The notes beneath the pieces were generated by a model. The model saw only the letters and a list, made by a program, of their open reading frames with translations, was not told the DNA's origin and searched no databases. From Octopus vulgaris (Eukaryota): a stretch of DNA of 64,000 nt. This document shows positions 41,320-54,526 of the stretch, in pieces. Made by a program: the position numbers and the translations under genes. Location of the stretch: the NCBI GenBank assembly GCA_951406725.2, contig OX597815.1, positions 99,572,001 to 99,636,000 on the forward strand. The letters are read 5' to 3'. Each line of letters starts with the position of its first letter. The first letter of the stretch is position 1.

Positions 41320-42092
41320 ATTTGTTTGTGTGTCTGTGTTTGCCCCCCTAGCATTGCTTGACAACCGATGCTGGTGTGTTTACGTCCCTGTCACCTAGCG
41401 GTTCGGCAAAAGAGACCGATAGAATAAGTACTGGGCTTACAAAGAATAAGTCCTGGAGTCGATTTGCTCGACTAAAGGCGGTGCTCCAGCATGGCCGCAG
41501 TCAAATGACTGAAACAAGTAAAAGAGTAAAAGAGAGAGTTGCTATGTGTGCCACATATGATTTAATTAACCGATTTTTTCCAGTAATAAAGTATCCTATT
41601 GGAATAAAAAGGGCCATATCGCTCCTTGGAGCAGACATGATGCTTGCTGTGAACTTTTTAAAAAATTCCTGCCAATTTGTGAAAGATATTGTCGAAAATA
41701 TGTCATCTTGAATTTGAACCCGATTTCCCAAAATGGCATGATTTTATCGATTTTTTTCTGATGGTAAAGTATTGCATGGAAAACTAACGTCAGAATTAAG
41801 TTTCTTAGGGTAACATTAAGCTTCACCATAAGTTTGGTGAAAATCGATTGCAAGTTGCGAAAACTACAACAGAAAATGTGTTGCATATAAAAAGCTTAGA
41901 TTCTCAACCCCATGTCGAATTTATCGATTTTTTTCAGAACTGGGGGAACTTTTCAAAATTTTCGCTGCGTTAGTTTTGAATGATGACATTGGGCTATGTG
42001 TGTGTCAAGTTTCATCAGAATCGGTTGAAAGCCGTGGTCAGGGTGAGGGTACAACCTGACAGAAACACAGACACACAGACAGACAAACTGCC

Positions 42093-42100
<8 letters not shown>
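40543..42100 (-). mobile_element. non-autonomous Helitron (long form) with nested SINE
   Basis: On the minus strand it ends CCCGGGCAACGGCGGGCTATGCTGCTAG|T at 40543. Its 5' ~200 bp (42096-41899) and segment 41112-41066 are nearly identical to the 36845-37216 copy. Flanked by (TA)n. Confidence 0.85.
41117..41538 (+). mobile_element. full-length tRNA-derived SINE, family A
   Basis: A-box TGGCTGTGTGG, B-box-like GGTTCAGTCTC, TTGGGCAAG core, internal (TA)(TG) microsatellite and (GTAAAAGA) tail. About ten related copies in the window. Confidence 0.92.
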
Positions 42101-42136
<36 letters not shown>

Positions 42137-42310
42137 GTGTGTATGTGTGTATATATCAAATGGGTTCGATTTATCCTTGCCTTATTTTATATCTATCCTC
42201 TTATCTTTCTCTGTGGTCTCTCATCTATTTCACCTCTCACTTTAAACACTTAATCTGATTCTCAGTACTTTACCATTTGACATATGAATATACATACCAT
42301 ACATACATAC

Positions 42311-42394
<84 letters not shown>

Positions 42395-42438
42395 GGATAG
42401 ATAGATAGATATTCATATATATGTGTGTGTGAGTGTGT

Positions 42439-42482
<44 letters not shown>

Positions 42483-43152
42483 ATATATATATAAGTTTTT
42501 TTATTCTCTCTGTGTTTATTTCATCGTGTTCCTTTCTGTTGAAGAGCGTAGGCTCGAAACATAAAAAAACTTTCTCACTTTCCCGGCTGAGATAGCTGAA
42601 GCAAATGAGAGTACAAAGTGCAATTTGAGGACGATATCTTTTTAGCTAAGACAGTATATATTATGCATTAAAAGCAGGTGATGGTCACGGATTCAGCACT
42701 TTTGAACATAAGTCTGCTGCGTTAGGTTTAACCTAGTGTTAAACAACTATATCATAGTAAACATTAAGCAACTAAATAAATGTACATGAATAGCGTTGAC
42801 TGTTGTCACACAATGAAATCATTCTCTCAACAGCAGTAATAACAAAACCAATACTAACGGCAGCAACAATAGCAGACATAAGAACTTTTAATTTCGCTAG
42901 TTTAAAAGGAAAGATAAAGCAATGATGAAATGAGTCTGCTGTATAGAAAAGACTTTCCAAACTACTCTTGCAATATCATCAAGACAATGATACCGAGCGA
43001 GCTGTTTGAAGTATCGTAGACTTTAATTAACAATATTTCAGTAGATAAACGAATCCGAAATCTACTATGGATTTGACTGAAAGACATGATCTCTCGGACA
43101 TTGCACTCGTGTGTAGACGTATTAACACACACATAAACACGCACACTCACGG

Positions 43153-43185
<33 letters not shown>

Positions 43186-43230
43186 CATGCATAAATACAT
43201 ATACATACACACACACACACACACACATCT

Positions 43231-43275
<45 letters not shown>

Positions 43276-43278
<3 letters not shown>

Positions 43279-43648
43279 TGCATGCGTAGCTGTGTGGTAA
43301 CAAGCTTCCTTCCCAAACCCAACCACATGGTTCTGGGTTCAGTTCCACTGTGTTACACCTTGGGCAAGTGTTTTCTACTATAGCCTCGGGCCAACCAAAG
43401 CCTTGTGAGTGGATCTGGTAAAAAAGCTCGTCGTGTGTATATAAATGTGTGTGTGTGTGCCTGTGTTCGTACCCCTCCCCCACCATCGCTTGACAATCAA
43501 TGTTGGTGTGTTTATGTCCTTGAAACTTAGTGATTCGACAAAAGAGACCGATAGAAGCACTAGACTGGGCTCGATTTCTTCAACTAAGAGCAGTACTCCA
43601 GCATGGCTTCAGTCAAATGACTGAAACGTGTAAAAGAGTAAAAGAGTA
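43276..43648 (+). mobile_element. SINE family A
   Basis: Head follows (TA)n; GGTTCAGTTCC, CTTGGGCAAGTG, tail GTAAAAGAGTAAAAGAG. Confidence 0.88.
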
Positions 43649-43753
43649 CAGTCATATATGCATACATAAATACATATATATACACTTTTATATATCTGTG
43701 TGAGTGAGTGTGTGTGTGTGTATATATATGTGCGTGCGTGCGAGCTCGCATAT

Positions 43754-44052
43754 TGTTTGTTCCTTCTCGAGCCATGCCTGGCTCATAAGGGCCGGTTTCC
43801 CGGTTTCCTTGGCATATAGATTTCCACCTGGAGGGGACGTCGGTCCGTCGCAGATGAGCTGCAAGTTGCTGGATGAAAGAGTGAGAGAAAGTTGTGGCGA
43901 TAGAGTCAGTAGAAGTTCGCCATTACCTTCTGCCGGAGCCGCGTCGAGCTTAGGTGTTTCGCTCATAAACACACACATCACCCGGTCTGAGATTCGAACC
44001 CGCGATCCCTCGATCGCGAGACCGCTACTCTAACCACTAGGCCATGTGCCTT
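43754..44052 (-). mobile_element. tRNA-derived SINE family C (V-domain-like centre) with degenerate 13-bp TSD
   Basis: Minus strand: A-box TGGCCTAGTGG, B-box GGTTCGAATCT, centre GACGGACCGACGTCCCCTCCAGG, tail GGAAACCGGGAAACCGGCCCTTATGAGCC. Flanks are CGAGCTCGCATAT (43741-43753) and CAAGCTCGTGTAT (44053-44065). Confidence 0.85.
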
Positions 44053-45041
44053 CAAGCTCGTGTATCAATTTATGTTAATTCATCAAGAAGTGATAAATTA
44101 ACAGAACTCATTTCAAAGTAGTTTTTAATACATTTTAACTGAAAGGCTCTAAACTGCCAGTGCTCTGAGTTTCCCGTTTCTGCTATTTCAGTTGATAATC
44201 CGAACCTGTTTTCCTTCATATTATTTCATTCTTGGATATATTTTGAATGAAATATACGAACACTATCGAGAAAATTCTTATGCGTACATTATGTAAATCA
44301 TGCAGGCAATACGAATAGGGACGGCTGTTTCAAGCACACATGTTCGTCACTTCATTTCTGGTTTTCGTGGTACACCCTAATTTCTTTCTAATTTTTTTTT
44401 ATCATTGAATTTGAAATTAAACTTCGAAGGCAGACGGTATAATGACGTTTCTCCAGGTTTTAAAATCGTGGATTGTTCAAGCAGTCGTTTTTAATTTTTG
44501 AAACAAATTCATTTTCTCCGAATCTGATAGAAAATCAGAGAAGGTGGTACTTACAAAAATTATAATTAGCTTCAAGCATACAGCTAATAATTATTTTCTT
44601 TTTTTGAAACTATTGCTTCCTTGCAACAAAATTCTTTATTTTCTACTCAAACAAATTTCACATCCCAATTATATTTGCCGTTCCTAAAGGATTGTCTCTT
44701 ATTTACAAATGACCTGGTCATTTTGAATTTATAAGGTCTTGGCTGACGTGAAGACTTGCCTCAAGAAAAACATAGCGTATTTTGAGTTGACGAATGAATA
44801 TTTCTGTGTATAACATAGATTTATAAATGGTAATTCGGTTGCTCCAATGTACACTTTAAGTTCATATCTGTTGTTTAACATTGTCTGGTATCGATTTTAC
44901 CCGACATCTATATCTAGTGAGCAATTCTCAAGAATTCCATAATTGCTAGATTGACGTTGATCTGCTGGTCACGTATCTGATTCGTTCAACGTCGTCGCAT
45001 TTTAACCTCTGATATAACAAACCAAATTTTTACTAAGTACT

Positions 45042-45094
<53 letters not shown>

Positions 45095-45289
45095 TGTGTA
45101 TGCTTGTGTGTGTTTGTGTGTGTATGTGTGTGTGTGTGCGTGCGTGCGTGCGTAGGTGCATGTGTGTGTATAGTGTAGTGTATTATGTACAGAAAAGAAG
45201 TATAAAAGGAAATAATGTCAAGACTAAAGAAATTTTTTTTTGTATTTGAAAGTTGTAGGGTCAAGTCTGTGGTGTGTTTGAATGACGTC

Positions 45290-45790
45290 ATCAAAAGCTA
45301 CCGAAATGCTCAAGGAACGTTTGAAATATAGACCCGTGTATCCGGAAAATATCCAGTGCATTTTGCATAAGAAACACTCTGAGCTAGAAACAATGGGTCT
45401 TAACTGTAGTTTTAGATCTAAATTTGTATTTTGAGGAGATGGAACAAAAGAGTCAATTCTGGTGGCTCAATTATATATAAATTGGTAGACTGTCTTCAGC
45501 AATATAAATGACTAGTCTTCCAGGACTTTGAAGAAAAGTTTTCCAACTAGATTGCTACGATTTGTGTGGCGTTCATATATATATATACTGCAGTGATGGT
45601 GAGATCTTTAAGAAACAGGCCGTTTAATGTGTTCTGATAACTCAAAAGTCTTTCACTTACTAAAAGAAAATGGGCGAGAACTTTCAATTTACTTAGAGTG
45701 ATATATTAGGGCATGGGGGGGAGTCTAGAGAGTGTTGTTGTTCGTTTAGTTTGAATGTTGAGGACTACGTTTTAGGCCAGTTCGTTGTTG
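45290..45790 (-). mobile_element. degraded Penelope-like RT fragment
   Basis: Minus-strand FHLLKIQI..LQLRPIVSSSEC resembles the Penelope RT motif (F/L)YLLPKIHK...RPIVS. Confidence 0.5.
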
Positions 45791-46144
45791 GCAAGGTAAG
45801 GCAGAGTAGGGTGTGGAATTGGTAGATACGTTATTTAGTATAGGTTCTAAATGCTACTATACCATACAGTCAATCGTTGAATAAAAGACGCAATTCGAGG
45901 TTGCTGATCTATGATGAAACACAACTTTTCGACAGAATAATAAAGTAATATCTCGACGATAAAAGAAAGTCTAATGTACTGCAAGAGAACTAACACTGTT
46001 CTCCATCTCTCGCGAGACAAGGAAGACAGAAAATTTAGCCTACAAAAGGGATAGTGGATAACACAATGTAATACATGATCACATGCGGAATCACAGATGT
46101 ATAATACGGCGACAGACATACATCATAATATATACATATATACT

Positions 46145-46184
<40 letters not shown>

Positions 46185-47488
46185 GACCACCATCACCCCC
46201 ACCCACACATACACATATATGCGCAAATATAAATACATTCGCATATGTTGTGTGAGGAGAAATACATGTATATGTATGTGTTAGCCGATGTATAGTTCTC
46301 AGTGATTGTATCGTTGTTTCCATCATCGTTTGAACTTTGTACAAAATCAAAATAAATACATGAAAATATATCAACATCAGTACTTGTAAATTAATTTCAG
46401 ATACGATTTGTAAAACCAAGTCATAAAATCATTCCACTCTATCTGTACGACTAATTTTCGTCACGTATGGTACAATCGATGAAGCGAACAACTAAAATGC
46501 TGCAGTCAAGTGACGATTACACTGTGTAACAATGTTTTATATATATTTTTATCTTTAGTCAGTAAGTATTATTTCCTATTTGCTTCTATCTAGAGATCAA
46601 AGGATATGAGTAGTCTTCCCTTGAAATTTTGCTTTTGTGATCAGAACATCAATGTTTCGAAACTGACCTATTTTTCATTACATTTCAGACAGATTCAGTG
46701 CTCAGTTGCTGTAGCAGGAATAACGTTATAGCAAACATCCTGTTCAATACCTCAGATGTGCTTGTCAGTTGCTTGACCATAACCATTTGAGTATGACCCA
46801 AAATGGCTGACAATAGGTGTGTCATTGATCATGAACAGGAGTAGTGAGGGAGCCTCATAGCCATGTGTTGAGAGGGTACCTTTGGAGTTTGAATAAATAT
46901 AACAAAAGCAAAGTTTGAAGGAAATATTAACCATTCTCCATACTTTTGTGCAGTGAGCAAATACGAAATAACAGCTGCTATCTAAGCACAAAAATTGTGT
47001 TATACTGTTATTTATGCTTCGAGTGAAAAACTAACTGGTTTGGACTCCGTTTTTCTTGATTTTTATACATTTTAAAAACCAGTGAAGGAGAGACTTCGAT
47101 TGGTGAAAACTGTTCGCTCCTCGAAGTTTCAACTTTTTATCTGTGTCAGAAATTCATAGAGATACTTTAATGATTTTTCAGGAATTTATACCCAATATAT
47201 TTGCACCATCAGATTTATATTTTCCGCTTTGATTACAGTATCTGGACAGTTCTTCTCGATCTCTTACGGAGAAAGTTGGGACATGTCCAAAAGAAAAGGC
47301 GAGAAACCATTTTGCATTTGAGGGCTACATTGAATTAAGTGTAATCTAATGAGTCAGAATTAAAGAAAATTTTATTAAATATACAATAAATTGTAATTAC
47401 TTTCATCATTACAAAATGTAATTATATTATTTAAAGTAAGAAATAAAAATGTAATTCCAACTTTTCATCAGATATATATGCATGAGTT

Positions 47489-47549
<61 letters not shown>

Positions 47550-48747
47550 TTTATATCTATCTACCTATAAATTTATATATGTATGTATGTATGTATACAT
47601 ATAACTCATTAAAAGGTAATATTACATTTGCATTTCTGAAAGAAATTAATTATAATTGCATTATATACATTTGTGTACGTATATGTGTATGTGTGTGTTC
47701 GCGCATGTGTGTGTGCGCGCGCGCTCATGTAATGTATGTGTGCATGTATAGTAAATAGGTAATTAAAAGATGCTACATTTTCGTATTTTACATTAAGCAA
47801 AATAATTGCATTATACATACACACAAAAATACACACAATTACACCACACACAGACACACGCACGCATGCACATACACGCACACACACACGTACACTTGCA
47901 TGCGTGTATAATCTAAGTAAGAAGACTTTAGCATATCTTCAATGATCAGTTACAATTGTTTCAGGGCCATCTCTGCTTTGAATGTGGTTGCGCACAAAAT
48001 TTCCATGTGAAAAGTTACATAATATTTGCAGCTTTATATATTAGAGGGGCACTTTATCAGACTTACATGAATAGGTGTGGTAGAGTGCAGAGAGACATGC
48101 AAATAGCACGTCGTCTATTTTATATTTACCTGTATGTGTGTGTGTGCGTGTGTGCGTGTGTGTGTGTATGTGTCTGTGTATGTATGTATGTGTGTGTATT
48201 TGTGTGTCTAAGTATAATGCCAATATTTTGTATATTTGTGTGTATATATTTATATATAAATATATATATATATATATATCAAATACAAAATGGGACAAGA
48301 ACGCAAAACATCCAGAAGACGATACAAATAATACGGAAGGGTCAGTCGACGCCTTTAATCTTCAGTCAAGAACCGGATCATCCTCGCAATTTCGGCTGAT
48401 ATGCTTACTGTCGGGATGCATGGCGTTCAGTTACTCAATAAATGAAAATTGCATTAAATACTAAAAAAAACGTACACGTAAGACAGACACAGGAGGATCC
48501 TAATTCTTCTTCAGTTATCAACCGAAATTTTAATACTCAGTGTCATGCCTTTAATGAAAACTTCGCATATCGGCGGCACTCGCAACATTTGCGAACAGTT
48601 AGGGCGCGGGCAAGCAAAACGATACAGAGTGAATGTACGAAAGTAAATAAATGTTTAAGACAATTGACGAAGGGGAATAAATAACAGACTTACAAACAGA
48701 CGAGAATGTTTATATATCATATATATATATATGCATATATATATATG

Positions 48748-48819
<72 letters not shown>

Positions 48820-48885
48820 CATATATATATATGATATATATATATATATATATACATACATGCATACATATATATATATATATAT

Positions 48886-49197
48886 AGGCACAAGAGTGGT
48901 TGCGTGGTAAGTAGCTTGCTTACCAACCACATGGTTCGGGATTCAGTCCCACTGCGTGGCAGCTTGGGCCAGTGAGTGGATTTGGCAGACGGAAACTGAA
49001 AGAAGCCCGTCATATATATATGTATATGTTTGTGTGTCTGTGTTCGTTACCCAACATCGCTTGACAACCGATGATGGTGTGTTTACGTCCCCGTAATATA
49101 GCGGTTCATAAAAAGACCTGGAGTCGATTTGTTCGACTAAAGGCGTTGCTCCGACATGGCCGCATTCAAATGACTGAAACGAATAAAAGTAAAAAAA
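48886..49197 (+). mobile_element. SINE family A with internal deletions
   Basis: Head AGGCACAAGAGTGGTTGCGTGGTAAG after (TA)n; GACGGAAACTGAAAGAAGCCCG; tail AATGACTGAAACG. Confidence 0.88.
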
Positions 49198-49474
49198 CAC
49201 CTGGTGCACGTGTCTCGACACCAAGCCGAGTGAAATGGCTCTGGCCTTTTTCGAGGAAATCCATTCCTTAACTCCCTCATCGAATTATACTTTGCATTAA
49301 CTGAGTATAATTACATTATTTCGGTCATTAAAATATAAACTTCACAGCAGCATTATTATAGATAAAAGTTTTTGAGACACATACATACGCACACATACAT
49401 ACACACACATGCATACATACATACATACATACATACATACATACATACATACATACATACATACATACATACAT

Positions 49475-51330
49475 TTATGCAAAGAATATGAATGAGATGA
49501 AAAAGAGCCTTGACTTACAACATTCTCAAAGGATGTAGGGTTGGAGTTTGGTCAGGATAAATGATGTTATATGGTTGTGAAAAGGAGGAAAACTATAAAC
49601 CAGACTAGTAGCATCTTCGTCAATCATTTGACTGTTTTCCTTGTATCTGACGAGGAATATTACAGGTATCTAGGGGTGGATGAATATATATCTTACTGTG
49701 GCACCTGTAACAAAACACGTGTCACTAAAGAATATTACATCTGAATAAAGAAAATTTGGACTTCAGAACTCTCTGCATTCAATAAAACAGTGGCCCACAG
49801 TGTGTTTGCAGTGACAGTACTCATACCAACATTTGGGCTGCTTGATTGGACGCTTGATGAGATCCGAGCCATTGATGAGAAAACCCGAAAGATACTAACA
49901 AGCACAAATAATTTCCACATAAACAGTAATGTGGACCGCCTCTACCTGAAACATAAAAAAAGGCGGCAGAGGCTTAACATCGATCCAAAATACCTTTGAA
50001 TGTCGCATCATATCCCTTCGGCAACATCTTTTAACCATCAAGAGCCGAAGTGCATCCCTTGAGTATGTTTGCATACACGAAGCTGATAACATCATATGAC
50101 TTGGAAGGCAGCTCCTTGAGCAACACTCTTTGTCTGATAAACTAGAATACATACCCAAAGAGGTCGCACGACTCTACCGCAACGTATCATCAAATGAACA
50201 GATGAGCCTATATCAGTAGAAGACTATGCATGGATATATTAGTAGAAAGCTTCGTGATGATAGTAACATCGATCATCAAAGCAGTTTATTGTGGACGATA
50301 GCTGGATTACTACTTCCCACTTTGAAAGATATGCATTTGCAATCCAGGAACAGGAAATATCAACAAATTATCCGATGCACAAAAGGGATTGTGATGTGGA
50401 AAAAGCTGTAAAATGTGACAACCGATGCAGACTTTTTGGAGTTCACACTGAAGATATCACCCACATCATAAGCAATTGTCCGAAAATGTCATCACGGTAT
50501 TATCTACAAATGAGACATGACTTGTAGCTAGGACACTCTATAATGAAATCCGTCGGAAGGATAATCCCGAGAACAAAGAAATAAAAATCCACAATATAGT
50601 AGAAGCCATAGCCACTCATAATAAAAAGGAATATTAGTGGAATGTACCAGTGAAGAAGTCAATAAAATCTAAGCACAACACACCGGATATAATGAATTGG
50701 GATAGAGAAGAGAAATCGTGCACAGTTGTGCATTTTAATATAAAAAGAACACCTATGATGAACTATTGAAAAAATCTACAGTTACTCTATTCAGATTACA
50801 AGTTCAGGTTTATACCTGTAATTATTGGAGCCCTGGGTTATGTAACGCACTGACTGGGATATGTAACACTGCCTAAATACCAATCTTAAGAAATTGGGCT
50901 TCTCAAAACCATAAAGTAGAAAGCTAATACGAAGGCTACAGATCCAATCCATCACTTGAACTGTAAAAATCTGTAAAACTTTCCAGAAGTTTATTATTTA
51001 AATATATATGAGCATGTCTAGATATATAATTCTATGCATGGGAATACATACATAAAACATACAAATCTGCACATATATACATACGTACATACATGCATAC
51101 ATACATACATACATACATACATGCATACATACATGCATACATGCATACATATATGCATACATACATACACACATACATACATACACACATACATACATAC
51201 ACACATACATACATACGCACATACATACCCTGTTAAGGTTTTTGAAATTTAAATGAAGGAGCCTTGGATCTGCATTAGAAACTGTCTCTTTATTGGCAAG
51301 AAATCTTGAAATAAAGCTGAATAATGATAT
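49475..51330 (+). mobile_element. 5'-truncated R4/Dong-clade (RLE) non-LTR retrotransposon
   Basis: RT thumb motifs FSKDVGLEFGQDK, YRYLGV, AVTVLIPTFGLLDWTLDEIRAIDEKTRKIL and VDRLYL, then MHGY, FAIQEQEI, CRLFGVHTEDITHIISNC..RHD and HNTPDI. Stops and frameshifts are present, and the 3' UTR contains (CATA)n. Confidence 0.9.
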
Positions 51331-51340
51331 ATATACATAG

Positions 51341-51430
<90 letters not shown>

Positions 51431-51433
<3 letters not shown>

Positions 51434-51602
51434 CACAGGAGTAGCTGTGTGGTAAGTATCTTGCTAACCAACCACATGATTCCGGGTTCAGTCCCACTGC
51501 GTGGCATCTTGGGCAAGTGTCTTCTGCTATAGCACCGGGCCGACCAATGCCTTGTGAGTGGATTTGGTAGACGGAAACTGAAAGAAGCCTGTCGTATATA
51601 TG

Positions 51603-51645
<43 letters not shown>

Positions 51646-51830
51646 TTGTGTGTCTGTCCCCCTAGCATTGCTTGACAACCGATGCTGGTGTGTTTACGTC
51701 CCCGTCACTTAGCGGTTCGGCAAAAGAGACTGATGGAATAAGTACTGGGCTTACAAAGAATAAGTCCCGGGGTCGATTTGCTCGACTAAAGGCGGTGCTC
51801 CAGCATGGCCGCAGTCAAATGACTGAAACA
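51431..51830 (+). mobile_element. full-length SINE family A
   Basis: Highly similar to 41117-41538; head directly follows a long (TA)n. Confidence 0.92.
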
Positions 51831-52625
51831 TACATACATACATACATACATACATACATACGTGCATATAGTTGTGTGCTATTCACTTTTGTCTGTGTGT
51901 GTGTTACTCTCGCAATGTGCGCTGATGGGAGACGTTTATATACTGTGTGTTTGGTTGTATGCATATTTGGATGCAGCTGTATTGAAATATACATACGCAT
52001 GTGTTATGTGTGGGTGTACTTATATATGTATATACGTTTGTTTAGGTAAGCGTGCCTGCTAGTGTGTCCGCCTGTATGCATAGAGATGGTCATCTTAAAA
52101 TAAACATTGTTTATGGAATGTTGTTTCATATTCAGTAGTCGAGACATTTTATAAGTAAAAACATCTGAAGTATATAACACATTCAAATATCTACTGGTGT
52201 TGATAGTGACGGTTCAAGACCTGAAGAGTACGTTCTGTTATATATTTATGGTACAATATTTGAAACCAGTTATAGATTATGTGTAAGGGGAACCGCAAGC
52301 AGTGCCAGCAGCATGCAATTTTGATAGAAGTAAAGAAGAAAAGTACACTGAATAACATAAAAGAGATAAATTCTTGATTTATTGAAACTATGCTCCATTC
52401 TAAGAAAGTAAGCATACACCTAACGACAACTGTAATGAACTAGGAATGAAAAAGGGAGATAATTTCAGGAAACAGTAATCAATAGTGTAATAGTGTGCAT
52501 ATTAAAAGAGTATAAGTAATGAAGTACATTTAACATATGCATATACGCATGCACGCTCAATCGCAGACTAATATGTATATAAACTCTCTTTTTGTCTTTT
52601 CTCTCTCAAGCTCTGGTATACATAC

Positions 52626-52658
<33 letters not shown>

Positions 52659-53139
52659 ATGTATGTAAGTGTACATCTGTGATATATGTATGTATGCAAA
52701 TGTATATATATGTCTGTATGTCCATCTATCTATTATATATTTACATGCTTTCCCCATTCATATTGATCTTTCATTTGAAGTATAGCTTCTTTCTTTCCAT
52801 ATCATAATTCTCCCTCACCCCACACTCTCTTTCTCTCTTTCTCTCTCTTTCTCACTCTCACTCTCTTTTTCTCTTCTCTCGGCGACTACATTTCTCATTT
52901 CACAACTCTATAACGTGATATGAACTTTGAATTTTTACATAGTTCCATTGCAACGGAAAGCGAAAGCCGAGTAGAAGATATAGTTTTTAAAATATCACTC
53001 ATTTAATAGTAAGTGATCTGGTATTTACTGGTGGCATGTAATATATATGCTAGCTAGATGCGAACAATTAACGTTTGCTAAATGATCTTTACAACAAGAG
53101 CATGCACTGAGTCAAGAACATTCTTCCCCTCCTCTTCTG

Positions 53140-53150
53140 TCTTCTTCTTC

Positions 53151-53182
<32 letters not shown>

Positions 53183-53382
53183 CTTCTTCTTCTTCTACTT
53201 CTTCTTCTTCTTCTTCTTCGTCTTCTTCTTCTTCATTTTCCTCCCCCTCTTCTTCTTCCTCCAACTCCTTCTCCTCCACTTTTTTCTTCCTCTTCTACTT
53301 CCTCCTCTTCCTCCACTTCTTTTTCTTCTTCTTCTTATTTTTATTATCATCATTATCATCATCATTATCATTATTATTATTA

Positions 53383-53473
<91 letters not shown>

Positions 53474-53532
53474 CATCATTATCATCATCATTATTATTAT
53501 ATTTTAATCACTATTATTATCATCATCATCAT
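53140..53532. repeat. compound trinucleotide tract (TTC)n-(TCC)-(TTA)n-(TCA)n
   Basis: Directly visible; produces the poly-F, poly-I and poly-L ORFs. Confidence 0.95.
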
Positions 53533-53617
53533 CTTTGGCATTTTAGTCTCTCTTACTTTCATTGATATTTCACCTGGAATTCGTTATATTCACACACTCA
53601 ATCCACCAACGCCATAA

Positions 53618-53739
<122 letters not shown>

Positions 53740-54526
53740 GTATACACACACAAGCATACATACATACTTAAGCAGAGTATTCTAAAACAATACAAAAACA
53801 ATATCGAAAAAAGTCAGACTGAGAAAGATATAAGACAAACATTCTCGATTGCGCGCATGTATGTGTATGTGATTTATTTTTATGCGTTTGTGAGTGTGCC
53901 TGGTGTACGTATATGTGTATGTCTACAGGAAACCATAGACATGTATGGGAAAACAGAAATAGTAATTGTGTATGCATTGCTGTATTCTCGATTGTGTTCA
54001 AAATGTTTCTTTCTTATGTTATATATATATATATATTCTATGGTTTCGCCATCATAAAGATTCTTTCATTATTATTTAATTATTTGTATTACTGTATTAC
54101 AGAGCGAACTGATAGACAGATAAATGTTTTTGATAACAATAAAGAAAAATGTAACTTCAACGTAAGTCTTTCGTTGATTAAGGAAATATATACTTGCATA
54201 CAAAACGAAAATGATAATATTTTGTTCGGGTGAAGTGTCGTCTCGCGCCTCATCCATTACGTATACCCCATTCTTTTTTTATTTTTTACATACTCATAGA
54301 AGACAATTTTTCAGGGGTAGAGATCATGATGTTCAAATTAGTTTAAAGTAGGTCTTCTGATACATATGTCATGAGAGAGAGAGAATGAGAGAGAGAAAAT
54401 GAGAGAGAGATGCAAAATAGAACTGAATCACTTTTTATCGAACACATTTTTATCGAGGACATAAAACAAACAAAACTCAACATAGCTGGAATATATAGTT
54501 TCAATTCCGTATACTGAATATATACA

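Noticed and set aside
43985-44052. tRNA gene (A and B boxes on the minus strand)
   Set aside because: It continues into a SINE body with tail and TSD, and lacks a proper acceptor stem. It is a SINE head.
45483-45522. miR-7-like sequence (minus TGGAAGACTAGTCATTT...ACAGTCTACCA)
   Set aside because: It matches the miR-7 5' end, but the hairpin is only ~40 nt, the 3' part diverges and it lies inside a probable Penelope RT relic. Most likely coincidence.
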